From: the human T2T-CHM13v2.0 reference genome, Homo sapiens
DNA length: 64,000 nucleotides
NCBI RefSeq assembly: GCF_009914755.1
Contig: NC_060934.1
Direction: 5' to 3' (one strand)
In this document: positions 17,488 to 31,810 of the stretch, piece by piece
How positions within the stretch are numbered: position 1 is the first letter of the stretch
Layout: each line of letters opens with the position of its first letter
The notes under the pieces: model-generated
What the model saw: the letters and a program-made list of their open reading frames with translations, nothing else
Told to the model about the DNA's origin: nothing
The model's database searches: none
Program-made: the position numbers and the translations under genes

Positions 17488-20400
17488 TTTGACGTTTTAA
17501 TAATAGCCATTTTAACTAGCATGAGATAATATCTCATTGTTTTTTATACTTGCTTTTCTCTTATGATTAGTGATGTTGAGCACTTTTTCATACCCCAACT
17601 GGTCATTTGTATGTCCACTTTTGAGAGATATCTATTCAGATTCTTTGCCCAGTTTTAATTGGATTATTTTTGCTGTTGAGTTGGTTCTTTATACATTCTG
17701 CTTATTAATCTGTTCTCACAAGGATAGTCTACAGATATTTTCTCCCATTCTATAGGCTGTCACTCTGTTGATTGTTTCCTTTGTAGTGCATAAGCTTTTT
17801 GGCTTGATGTAACCCCATTTGTATGTCTGCTTTTGTTGCCTGTCCTTCTGAGGTCTTGCCCAGAAAATCTTTGCCCAGACCATTGTCCCAAAGCATTTCT
17901 TCAGTATTTTATTCTAGTAGTTTTATGTTTTACATCCAATCCAATCAAATACATATTGGTTTTTTATATATGGTAAGGGATACAGATCTAGTTTCATTTT
18001 TCTGCTTATGGATATCCAGTTTTCCCACCCCACTTATTGAAGACACCATCCCTTCCCCAATGTATGTGGCTTAGCACCTTTGCCAAAAATCAGTTGGCTG
18101 GAAACCAGTGAATTTATTTCCAGTTCACTATTACGTTCCATTAGACTATGTGTCTGTTTTTATGTCAGTGCCATGGTGTTTTGGATATTACAGCTATGTG
18201 GTAAATTTTGAAGCCAGGTAGTATGATGCCTCCAGCTTTATTCTTTTTGCTCAGCATTTCTTTGGGTATTTGAGGTCTTTTGTGGTTCCATACAAATTTA
18301 GGACTTTTTTCTATTTCTCTGATGAATGTCTTTGGTGATTTGATAGGGATTACATTGACTCTGTAGACTGCTTTGGGTAGTACGAACATTTTAATATTAA
18401 TTCTTCCAATCCATGAACATATCTTTTCATATTGTGTGTCTTCTTCAATTCTTTCAGCAGTGTTTTATAGTTTTTATTGTAAAGATATTTCACTTTTTTG
18501 GTTAAATTTTTTCCTAGGGTTTTTGTTGTTGTTGTTGTTGTTAACTATTGTAAATGAGATTGCTTTTTTAGTTTCTTTTTCAGATTGTTCACTGCTGATG
18601 TATAGAAATGCAGATTTTTGTATGTTGACTTTGTATCTTGCAGCCTTGCTGAATTCTTTCATCAGCTCTAACAGTATTTTGGTGGAGTCTTTAGATTTTT
18701 CTAAATATAAAATCATGTTGTCTGCAAACAAGTGTAATTTGACTTCTTCCTTTCTTATTTCCTTCTCTAGACTAATTGCTCTGACTAGGACTTCCACTCC
18801 TAGGAGTAGGACTTCCACTCAAATAGGAGTAGTGAAAATGAGCATCCTTGTCTTCTTCTAAGATTTCAGAAGAAGGGCTTCACTTTTTCCCAATTCAGTA
18901 TTATATTAGCTGTGAGTTTTCACAAATGGCCTTTATTGTTCTGAAGTATGTTCCTTCTATACACAGTTTGGTGAGAATTTTTATCAGGAAGTGATGTTGA
19001 ATTTTATCAAATGTTTTTCAGCATCTATTGAAATAATTATACAGTCTCTGTTCTTTATTCTGTGAATGTGATGTATCATGTTTCTTGATTTGCCATAGTA
19101 TGTCAAACCATCCTTAGAGACTTTTCATCTATTTAACTTCTGCTAATTTTGGTTTTGGTTTGTTCTTGCTCTTCTAACTCATTGAGATGCATCATTAGGT
19201 TATTTGAAGTCTTTCTACATTCTGACATCAGTGTTTATTGCTAAAAACTTCCCTCAAAGAACTGCTTTTCTTGCATCCCATGTGTTGGTATGCTGTTTCC
19301 ATTGTCATTTGTCTGAAGGAATTTTATAATTTATTTTAATTTCTTAATTGACTCCATTCATTGTTCAGGAGCATGTTGTTTAATTTCCATAAATTTGTAC
19401 CATTTCCATCATTCCTTCTATATCGTTTCTGGGTTTATTCTGTGTGGTCAGAAAGGATAGTTGATATTATTTTTAAAAATTTGTTAAGACTTGCTTTGGG
19501 ACCTAACATATGATTTATCCTGGAGAATGCCCCATGTGCTGTTGAAAAAAATGTGTATTCTGCAACTGTTTACTGCAATATTCTGTAAATGTCTGTTGGG
19601 TCCATTTGGCTTACAGTCCAATTTAACTCTGGAGACTGTGGATTTTCCTATCTGGATCATGTGTCTATTGCCAAAAGTGGGGTGTTGAAGTCTCCTACTA
19701 TTATTCTATTAAAGTCAATTTCTCCCTTTAGGTCCACTAATATGTTTTATATACTTGGGTCCTCCAGTGTTGAGTACATACACATTTACAATTGTTATAT
19801 CCTCTTGCGGTACTACTGACTCCTTCACCATTATGTAACAAATGGCCTCCTTTGTCCTCTGTAACACTGTTGACAGTTTATTTTATCTGATACAACCATA
19901 GCTACTCCAGCTCTCTTTTGGTTTGCATTTGCATGGAATATCTTTCTATCCCTTTACTTTCAATCTGTGCATGTCTTTAAAGGTAAAGTGAGTTTCTTGC
20001 AGACAGCATATAGTTGGGTCTTGTTTTATTATCCAGTCAGCAACTCTATGTCTTTTAACTGGGGAATGTAATACATTTACACTCAAGGTATGATAGGTAA
20101 GGGTTTACTACTGCCATTTTGTTAGTTGTTTTGTGGTTGTTTTGTAGATCTTTTCTTCCTTTTTTCCACTTACTGTCTTCCTTTGTAGTTAAGGATTTTT
20201 TTCTAGCAGTATGTTTTGATTCTATGCCATTTATTTTTAGTGTCTCTCTTACAGTTTTTGGTTTGTGGTTACCACGAGGCTTATAAAAAACATCTTGTAG
20301 TTACAACAGGTTATTTTAAACTGATAACAACTCAATGTGGACTGTCAAGTATCAAAAACAAACTCTATACTTTAACACCATATCACCCCCGGTACTTTGA

Positions 20401-20542
20401 CTGTTTCAATTTATACCTTTTTATATTGCCTCTTAACCAATTGTTGGAGTTATTAAGAGTTTTGTCTTTTAGTCTTCATCTTTAAGATATAAGTGGTTTT
20501 ACTTACCATAATTACAGTATTAGAGTATTCTGAATTTGACTG

Positions 20543-21018
<476 letters not shown>

Positions 21019-21105
21019 ACATCCATGAGGTTTTTAACTTCAGATGTTTTCTTGTTACATCTTAGCATCCATTTCCTTCAGACTGAAGAACTCTCTCTAG
21101 CAGTC

Positions 21106-21452
21106 TGACATGGTTTGGCTGTGTCCCCACCCAAATCTTACCTTGAATTGTAGTAATCCTCACATGTCAAGGGCAAAGCCAGGTGGAGATAATTAAATCA
21201 TGGGGGTGGTTTCCCCATACTGTTCTTTTGGTAGTGAATAAGTCTCTGATAGTTTTATAAATGGAAGTTCCACTGCACAAGCTGTCTTGCCTGCCGCTAT
21301 GTAAAATATGACTTTGCTCCTCATTCACCTTCTGCCATGATTGTAAGGCCTCCTGAGCCATGTGGAACTGTGAGTCAATTAAATCTCCTTCCTTTATAAA
21401 TTATCCAGTGTCGGGTATGTCTTTATTAGCAGCATGAGAACAGACTAATACA
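21106..21452 (+). mobile_element. THE1-type MaLR solo LTR
   Basis: TGACATGGTTTGGCTGTGTCCCCACCCAAATC...ACTAATACA with TSD cagtc/cagtt. Confidence 0.9.
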
Positions 21453-21553
21453 CAGTTCTTGTAAAACAGGTCTGGCATTGATGTATTCCCTCAACTTTTG
21501 TTTGTCTGGAAATGTCTTTATCCTTCCTTTGTGTTTGAAAAATAGCTTTACTG

Positions 21554-21879
21554 GGCCAGGCACAGTAGCTCAAGCCTGTAATCCTAGCACTTTGGGAGGA
21601 CGAAGCAGGCAGACTGCCTGAGCTCAGGAGTTTCAGGAGTTCGAGACCAGCCTGGGCAACACAGTGAAACCCTGTCTCTACTAAAATACAAAAAATTAGC
21701 TGGGCATGGTGGCATGCACTTGTAGTCCCAGCTACTCGGGAGGCTGAGGCGGGAGAATGCTTGAACCCAGGATGTGGAGGCTGCAGTGAGCCATCACACC
21801 ACTGCAATCCAGCCTGAGCGACAGAGTAAGACTCCATCTCCAAAAAAAAAAAAAAAAGAAAAAAAAAGAAAAGAAAAAG
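21554..21879 (+). mobile_element. AluS
   Basis: Dimer with TSD aaaaatagctttactgg. Confidence 0.9.
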
Positions 21880-22837
21880 AAAAATAGCTTTACTGGGTAC
21901 AATAGTCTTGGAGGACAATTTTCCTTCCTCTCTCCCTCCCTCCCTTCCTTCGAATATAGCACTCCAGTCTCTCCTGGCCTTCAGGGTTTCTGCTGAGGAA
22001 TCCACAGAAAGCCATATTGGGGCTCCATTGACTGAGATATGTTTCCTTTCTCTTGATGTTTTGAGTATTTTTTCTCTGTCTTTGATTTTTGCTTATTTGA
22101 TTATAATGTGCCTTGGGGAATTCCCTCTCTAGGTTGAATTTGAATGGTAATCTTTGAGCTTCCTTTACCTAGATGTTGTCATCTTCCCTCAGATTTTGGA
22201 AATTTTCAGCCATTATTTCCTCAAATATACCTTCTAGGCCTTTTTCACTCTCATCTCCTTTAAAAATTCCAATTATCAGAGGTTGCTTCCCTTATTGATG
22301 TTTCGTAATTCTTGTAGGCCCTCTTCATTCTTTATTCTTTTCTTTTTGCTCCTCTGTTTAGATAACTTCATAGCTTCTACCCTCAAGCTCAATAATTCTT
22401 TCCTCTGTTTCATCAAGTTTGCTGTCAAAACCTTTTAATGAGTTTTTGCATTCAGTTATGGTACTCTTCATTTATAGGATCTCTCTCTTTTTTAAAAAAT
22501 CACTTCTATTTTTTGTCAAACTTCTTATTTCGTTTCTGGAGTGTTTTCCAAATTTCATTTAGATTTCTATCCATATTTTCTTGTGATTCCCTGAACTTCT
22601 TCAAAAAAAAATTCTAAATTATCTTTCAAAAATCTTGTAGATCTTCAATTCTTCTAGTTCATTATTGGAGTTGAACTGGTTTCTTTTAGTAGTACCATAC
22701 TTCGTTGGATTTTCACAATCCTTGCATCTTTATGTTGATGCCTGCACATTTGAAGAGACAGTTACCTCTTCTAGTTTTTGCAGGTGTTCCTTATTGGTGT
22801 CAGACCTTTACTTTTTAGTATCAGAACTTAAACATGG

Positions 22838-23160
22838 CCTGTTGTTTCTTCCTGTTCAGTGGATGACTTATAGTAAGTACTGGAACTAAAACCCTGCACT
22901 AGAACTAATTCATTGCCCTGTCATTGTTTCCTGTTCTGGGAGAAGACTTATAGTGAACATTGAAGCATAAATGCTGTTGCAGGATGAAATCGCTGCCCTG
23001 CCATTGTTTCCCAATCCAGGGAAGACTTACAGTGAGCACCAAAGCTTAAACACTGCCACAGAACTACATTGCTGCTCTACCACTGTTTCCCAAACTGGGG
23101 AAAACTTTAGTGGGCACTGGAACTTAATCATGGCTGTTAGTTGTTTCTATCCAGGGAAGG
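22838..23160. repeat. Degenerate ~80-bp tandem repeat (about 4 copies) inside the old L1 5' region
   Basis: Recurring cattgtttcc..ggga(a)gacttatagtga.cact.gaact units. Confidence 0.7.
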
Positions 23161-23810
23161 TTCCATGCAAGCACCTGGGCTTTGTGGAAAGCCTGGGACT
23201 CAGGCTATCCCACAGACTGTCCCCCTACAGCTCTATGGCATCAGCCAGTCTCTTCAACGTGGTTTCCCAGGTGATTGGAGTACTGAGTAGCCACAAAGAT
23301 CCACACACCTGTCACTGCAATCACTGACCCACTTTTGTTCCCAATACACTCCAGTTGGTTCAGCCCTTCTGGCATTTCCAATGGTTCCTGTGACATGGAG
23401 CTGGAGTGGGCTTTCCATGAAGATTCCCAGACCAGTGAAAAGATCAAACATCCACCTCCAATTCTCTCCTCTCACCTCAGAAACCACGGGTCTAGGGAAA
23501 TTTTCTGTGAGTGGTGTCATGCCAGTTTGGGGGAGGGGGTGACACAGTCTGAAATGATTTCTCTTATCAGTCAAGGTTTCTCTCAGGTCTGTGGATACAG
23601 GGGATTTCTCTGATTCTCCCCTGGGCTCTGGTGTATTCAGGCTGGTGCTCTTGTCTTTGAATGGTTTCTAATTGTATTTTTATGAAAGCAGTGAGGTAGG
23701 GGATCTTCTATTCTGCCATCTTGATGATATCACCATCTAGGTAATTTATATTTCTTTTTTTTTTCTTTTTTGTAAATTTCTCCTGGAATTTTCTATGATA
23801 AACATATATT

Positions 23811-25200
23811 GGCCAGGTGTGGTGGCTCACACCTATAATCCCAACACTTTGGAAAGCTGAGACAGTGTTCCGGGAAGTCAGAGACCCCGAACGGAGGGAC
23901 TGGCTGAAGCCACAACAGAAGAACATAAATTGTGAAGATTTCATGGACATTTATTAGTTCCCCAAATTAATACTTTTATAATTTCTTATGCCTGTCTTTA
24001 CTGCAATCTCTGAACAGAAATTGTTAAGATTTCATGCACATTTATCACTTCCCCAATCAATATTCTTATAATTTCCTATGCCTGTCTTTAATTTCTTAAT
24101 CCCATCATCTTCATAACCTGAGGATTTATGTCACCTCAGGACCCTGGATTGCGTTATCTGCACAAATTGTTTGTAAAGCATGTGTGTTTAAACATTATGA
24201 AATCTGGCCACCTTGAAAAGAACAGGGTAACAGCAATTTTCAGGGAACAAGGGAGATAACAATAAGGTGTGACTGCCTGCGGGGCCAGGCAGAACAGAGT
24301 CATATTTCTCTTCTTACAGAAAGCAAATAGGAGAAATAGCACTGAATTCTTTTCTCAGCAAGGAATACCCCTGGGAAAGGAATGCATTCCCAGGGAGAGG
24401 TCTCTAAAATGGCCCTCTGGAAGTGTCTGCCTTATGCGGTTGAAGATAAGGGATGAAACACACTCTGGTCTCCTGCAGTGCCCTCAGGCTTGCTAGGATT
24501 AGGAAACTCCAGCCCAGCAAATTCTAGTCAGACCAGTTGTCTGCTCTTGAACCCTGTTTCCTGTTAAGATGTTTATCAAGACAATGCATGCCCAGTGGGA
24601 CATGGAACCTCATCAGTAATTCTAATTTCGCCCTGGCCTTGTGATCTTGCTCTGCCCTTCTGCCCTTGTAATCTTTTATTGCCCCTTGAAGCATGTGATC
24701 TTTGTGATTTACTCCCTGTTCGTACCCCCCTCCCCTTTTGAAATCCCTAATAAAAACTTGCTGGTTTTGCAGTTCAGGGGGCATCACAGAACCTGCCGAC
24801 ATGTGATGTCACCCCCAGAGGCCCAGCTGTAAAATTTCTCTCTTTGTACTCTTTCTCTTTATTTGTCAGACCAGCCGACACTTAGGGAAAATAGATAAGA
24901 ACCTATGTTGAAATATTGGGGGCTGGTTCCCCCGAAAGACAAGAGGAAAACTTGAGCCAAGGAGTTCAAGACCAGCCTCGGCAACATAGTGAGATCCCAT
25001 CTCTACAAAAAATAAATGAAAATTAGCCACGCATGTTGGCACATGCCTATGGTCTCAGCTACTTAAGGGGCTGAGATGGGAGGATCACTTGAGCCCAGGA
25101 GGTTGAGGCTGCTGGTAAGCCGTGATCACACCACCACGCTCTGGTCTGAGTGTAAAAGACCCTGCTTCTAAAAACAAACAGAATAAAACAAACGAAAACA
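23811..25200 (+). mobile_element. AluJ split by the MER11 LTR (pieces ~23811-23865 and ~24943-25200)
   Basis: The Alu 5' part ends at ...gctgagacag and resumes at gaggaaaacttgagcc after the LTR. Confidence 0.85.
23866..24936 (+). mobile_element. MER11 solo LTR (ERVK class)
   Basis: TGTTCCGGGAAGTCAGAGACCCCGAACGGAGGGAC...GGCTGGTTCCCCCGA, internal AATAAA ~24749, near-perfect 6-bp TSD agacag/agacaa. Confidence 0.9.
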
Positions 25201-25297
25201 ACATTTTGCTTTTATTATTAGAAAAGAAAACCTGTGATATAGGAAAGTATATACATTATATACATACTAAGAGAATTATAGATTCTGTTTAATTTCA

Positions 25298-25747
<450 letters not shown>

Positions 25748-26135
25748 TCAGAGAATCCGAAACAGACTGAAAAATATCAAACCCCTAGACACTTTTTGAA
25801 GACACAGATGAGTTAAAAGTGAAAGAATGGAAAAGATGCATCATGCAATTATTGCTCATAAGAACGTTTGATATAGTAATATTATATATCAGACTACATA
25901 GTATTAGAGACAGCAGACTACAAGAAACAGAACATTAAACACAAAGAGAGACATATCATAACAATAAAAAGGTCAGTTCATTAAGATGATATAAAAATCC
26001 TAAATAAGTGTGTACTAAATTATTTGGTGGTTCAAAATACATGAAGCAAAAACTGACAGAACTGAAAGGACAGACAAATCCATAAAGGACAAATCCACAA
26101 TTACTTTCTCAATAATTGATAAAACAAATAGAATA

Positions 26136-26556
<421 letters not shown>

Positions 26557-27567
26557 TTACCAAGATTGAGTATGTGCTGGACCATAAAACAAGTCTAAAA
26601 TCTAACAAGATTGGAATCACACAGAATATTCACATAGGGAATATTCTCTGACCACAATGGAAGTAACAGTAAGATATTTAGGAAAATACCAAATAGTCGG
26701 AAAGTAAACAACACCCTCCTAATTATTAATGGATCAAAATTCACAATGGAAATTAGAAAGTATTTTTAATATAAATTATAATAAAAACTCAATCTATATC
26801 AAAATTTGTGAAACGCAGCTAATATATTGTTTAGTACTTAAAGGGAAATGGGCAGTTTTAAATGCTTGTATGAGAAGAAAAAGGAAGTCTCCAATTTAAG
26901 ATGTCAGAAAAAAGAACATATTAATTCCAAATAAATAGAAAGATAGGAATGAAAAATCAAAGAAATAAGAAATGGACAACGAAGAAAAATCAATGCAATT
27001 TTAAAAAGTGGTTCTTTTAGATGGTTCTGGGAAAATAAGTTGGTTTAAATATTTCAAAATGAATAAATATACTGATGTTTTGAGGAGACAGAGTTCTCAC
27101 TGAGGAAGAAGGGAGATGTAAATACAGAATGGAGGGAGGCAAAAAAGAACTTTGTGGTGCTGAATTTAAATTATAGGTATGGGGATTAACTCAAATGTTT
27201 AATAATATGAAATACATTTCTTAGTCCAGTCTGTGAATGGACAAACAGCAATCACACCCAAGGAACCATGAGCACACCTAGTGGCCAGACCATAGTTTCT
27301 AAATACCATTTACCCCTAAAGGAACAAGGGTTTCTTGAAGAAAAACGGCTCATTTCAGGGCCGAGACAGGGAAAACACAAAAGGAATGTGGAATATCTTT
27401 TTATGCCAGAAAGTTAAAAAATGCTTTGAAAGAAAAAACAGGAAATATCAAAAAGACACAGGAGCCAGCTTGAAGTTCCCACTGCTCAAATCTGAGACAA
27501 CCATAACATCAAGCAGCAACAATAATGGATATCTATCCACTGAAATTTGAAAAAAATCCACCTTAAT

Positions 27568-27600
27568 AATGAATGAATGAATGAATGAATGAATGAATGA
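27568..27600. repeat. (GAAT)n microsatellite
   Basis: About 8 units. Confidence 0.9.
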
Positions 27601-27657
27601 GGAGGGAAATCTATTCCTTAACATAGAATGCCAACTAACAAATGTAATAGGAATGAG

Positions 27658-27963
27658 GGCTGGGCAGAATGGCTCACGCCTATAATGCCAGCACTTTGAG
27701 AGTCTGAGGTGGGTGGATCGCATGAGCTCAGGAGTTCAAGACCAGCCTGGCCAGCATGGTAAAATCCCATCTCTACATAAAAAAAAAAAAAAAACAATTA
27801 GCCAGGCATGGTGGTGCATGCCTATAGTCCCGGCTACTCAGGAGGCTTCGGTGGGAGGATCACTTGAGCCTGGGAGGCGGAGGTTGCAGTGAGCCATGAC
27901 TGTACCACTGCACTCGAGCCTGGGTAACAGAGCAAGAACCTGTCTCAAAAAACAAAAAGAAAA
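27658..27963 (+). mobile_element. AluJ/S
   Basis: Dimer with approximate TSD acaaatgtaa..gaatga. Confidence 0.88.
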
Positions 27964-29690
27964 ACAAATGTAACACGAATGATAGTTAGAATATTACTAT
28001 TTTGCAATTATCATAGTACTATATGAGTCTGTCAAATATTATCAATCAAGGTAAAGTTTCATGAGGAACAGAATATCTAACAGTCTCAAAATATTCCTCT
28101 CAAATTACTTAACAGCAAAAACGATAACTTTCCTGTGGAAAAACCTGGCAGAAATCACTTAACCAGGTGATCAAAGTTACATCACCAATAATGCAACTGA
28201 CATCCTATGTCTTATGATATGCTTTGAAGACATGACATAGTCATATAATATTCTTACCAAAAATGCATAATCTGAATATAATCATGACAAAACAATCAGA
28301 CAAACTGAACTTAAAGGACATTCTAAAATGTCATACACCTATACTCTTCAAAAATTCCATGGTTATGAAAGATACAGAAAGAAGAAAGAAGTGCTCCCGA
28401 TAACAGGAAACTAAAGAATCGTAACAACGAAATGCAATGTGTGATCCTGGATGAAGGAAAGTGCTGTAAATGATATTATTGGAATAATGGCAAAAGCCAA
28501 ATGCTAAATACTCTGAATTTTGTAATTTTACTATGGTTAGGTGAGAAAATTGTCTTATTTTTAGGCAATATACACAATTATTTAGAGAAAAGGGGTCATG
28601 ATGTCTAAAATTTATTCTTAAATGTTTATGCACAATCATCATATACAGAGAGTAATAAAGCATATGTGGCAAAATTAATATTAACAATTGATAAATCCAG
28701 ATGAATGGCATACATTAGTTCACTGTACTATTCTGGCATATTTTTAATAAATTTAAATTTTTTTCAAAAAAAAACTTAAGGCAGTACAATTTACAGTAAA
28801 ATCAAATACTTAAGGGAAAAGCCTAGTAAACAATGTGTAAGACCTGTACACTGAAAACTATGACTCACTGAGAGAAATTAAAGGACTAAATAGAGAGATA
28901 TACCATGTTCAAGTATTGGAAGACTCAATATTGCAAATAAATCGATTCTCACCAAAGCTATCTACAGATTCAAGGCAATGCCAAATAAAATCTCATCCTG
29001 TTTCTGGGGAAAAGTAATGAGTTGATTTAAAATCTGTATGTAAATGCAAAGGACCAGAAAAAGCCAAGACAATCTTGAAATAGTAAGTGGGATGCATGAA
29101 GACTTATTATAAAATAACTTGAATCAAGATCGTGAAGTAGGATAAACAAGCCAATGAAAATAAAAGGCCAAAAGCAAATCCAGGAAATTGATTGAATATG
29201 CACGGCTGAGCTATAAAAAAAAAAAAAATGAGGAGGAACTCTATGAACTGATACATACGAATTTCTAGGATATAGTCTTAACTCTTAAAAACCATGTGAA
29301 AAACAGTATATACAGCATACTAGATTTTGTATCAGAAAGAAAGGGAAATAAAACTTCCATAGATCTATTTAATTCTGTAAAAAGAAACTCAAAAAGGGTA
29401 AATCAGAAAACAATGAAATTGATTACCTACAAGAGATGCTGAGGAGTGGATGGGGTGGAGTGATAAGGGAGTGAAATTTTTTATTATACTTTTCTGTAAA
29501 GTTTTGTTTTTTGGAAGCATGTTAATGTTATAAGCTTTCAAATATATAATCAAACAAACAAAATTTGAGGAAGCAGGGATGAATTTAAACAGAAACAAAT
29601 GAACCCAACTGTATTTCAAATGAATACTACTACTGCGAAAAGGGAGAAAAAGAAATAACAACCAAAAACAAAAAACCTAATCCAACTAAC

Positions 29691-29971
29691 TTTTGTTTGT
29701 TTTTTTTTTTTTAGACAGTCTTGCTCTGTCACCCAGGCTGGAGTGCAGTGGCACAGTCTCGGCTCACTGCAACCTCCGCTCCCAGGTTCATGTGATTCTC
29801 CTGCCTCAGCCTCCTGAGTAGCTGGGACTATAGGCGCCACCAACACATCCGGCTAATTTTTGCATTTTTTGTAGAGACAGGGTTTTGCCATGTTGGCCAG
29901 GCTGGTCTCAACCTCCTGGCCTTGGCCTCCCAAAGTGCTGGGATTACAGGCATGAGCCACCGTGCCCAGCC
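29691..29971 (-). mobile_element. Alu, antisense, with a small internal deletion
   Basis: Poly-T head and ...cgtgcccagcc end. Confidence 0.88.
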
Positions 29972-30030
29972 CCAAGTAATTTTTGAACACAGTTTATACC
30001 CTCAGTATAAGAAAATCTCATCCTGAATTC

Positions 30031-30362
30031 ATGAGTTGATGTCCTTTGTAGCGACATGGATGAAACTGGAAACCATCATTCTGAACAAACTATCGCAAGG
30101 ACAGAAAACCAAACACCGCATGTTCTCACTCATAGGTGGGAACTGAACAACGAGAACACTTGGACACAGGGCAGGGAACATCACACACCGGGGCCTGTCG
30201 TGGGGTTGGGGGGATGGGGGAGGGATAGCATTAGGAGAAATACCTAATGTAAATGACTAGTTAACGAGTGCAGCAAACCAACACTGCACATGTATACATA
30301 TGTAACAAACCTGCACGTTGTGCACATGTACCCCAGAACTTAAAGTATAATAAATAAATAAA
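30031..30362 (+). mobile_element. Severely 5'-truncated L1PA (3' ~330 bp)
   Basis: L1 3' UTR and A-tail with a perfect 19-bp TSD AAAATCTCATCCTGAATTC (30012-30030 and 30363-30381). Confidence 0.93.
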
Positions 30363-31211
30363 AAAATCTCATCCTGAATTCTTTATTCTAGGCTTGTTTT
30401 CTGAAGTAGTATGGGTGTAGAAATTCTGAAAATTGTAAGATTAAGCAAAAGAATAAACATATTAATATCACTGGGAGCCAGGGTTCTTACTACAGAAGAA
30501 GGGAAATACAAATTTAGAATCAAGGGAAAGGAAGAACTCGGGTTTAAATGAAATTTGAAATATGAAATTATAATTTCTAAAATATTTATACATACTTTAA
30601 AAATCATGTCCATTGAAAAGTCCTGGAAGAAATGATACTCCAACAGTTATGACAATACCTAGTAACACAGATCTTGGTTTCTAAATACCATTTTCCACTA
30701 AAAAGAAACCAGGGCTCCTTGAAGAAATGGTTGACTCTAGGGCTGGGGAAGAAAGTTATGAGATAATTCTAAAAAATCTGTTATGACAGAAAGGAAGTGC
30801 TCTCAATGGTCAAATTTGGGACCATTTGAGCAACAAAATAAATAAGTTCCTTTTTTAAAAACATTGAGATGTGATTAAAGTCCAATAAATAAGTTCCATA
30901 ATGGGTAATGATACATGTTATCAAATAGGAATCCATGATGCAAACTGATTATAAATAAGGACATAAATACTTAAGGGTAAAGGAAGAGCTATTTCTTGGA
31001 ATGCTAGCTGTTAAAGCAGAGGGAGTGAAAGAATGGGGGGAAAAAATCACAATTTTGTAACTATCAGAATAAACACAGCTTCAGGCAAGAATCAACAGAT
31101 GCCAAATCTAGGGATGAAGTTGATGAGAATCCAGATAGCTGCATGACTGTAAAGTGTCTCCTCACATATAGCTTATTAAATGTAGAACAGAAAACATTAA
31201 CTATATACTGA

Positions 31212-31810
31212 AGCCAGGCATGGTGACTCATTCCTGTAATCCTAGCACTTTGGGAGGCTGAAGCAGAAGGATCACTTGAAGCCAGTAGTTCAAGACCAGC
31301 CTGGGCAACAAAGCCAGATCCCATCTCTACAAAAAATTTTAAAATTAGCCTGGCCCAGCAGTGGTTCATGCCTGTAATCCCAGCACTTTGGCAGGCAGAG
31401 GTGGGTGGATCACCTGAGGCCAGGAGCTCAAGACCAGCCTGGCCAACATGGCAAAACCCCGTCTCTACTAAAAATACAAAAATTAGCCAGGCATGGTGGT
31501 GCACTCCTGTAATCCTAGCTACTTAAGAGGCTGAGGCACGAGAATCACTTGAACCTGGGAGGCGGAGGTTGCAGTGAGTCAAGACCGCGCCACTGTTCTC
31601 CAGCCTGGGCAACAGAGCAAGACTCCGTTAAAAAAAAAAAAAATTAGCCTGGCCTAGTGGTGTGCACCTATACTCCCGGCTACTCAGGAGGCTGAGGCAG
31701 GAGGATTGCTTGAGCCCTGAAGTTTGAGGCTGCAGTGAACTACATCACGCCACTGCACTCCAGCCTAGGTGACACAGCAAGAGCCTGTCTCAAAAAACAA
31801 ACAAACAAAA
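31212..31810 (+). mobile_element. AluJ with an AluSx nested in its central linker (~31352-31640)
   Basis: Inner repeat aaaattagcctggcc (31341-31355 and 31640-31654). Outer TSD aac(t/g)atatactgaag. Confidence 0.88.

Noticed and set aside
18786-18820. 14-bp direct repeat TAGGACTTCCACTC x2
   Set aside because: A small local duplication inside a dead L1 with no functional indication.
27280-30840. Two similar segments (~27280-27530 and ~30660-30840) suggesting a local duplication
   Set aside because: They are strongly diverged from each other and better explained as independent copies of the same old L1MC-type 3' region.
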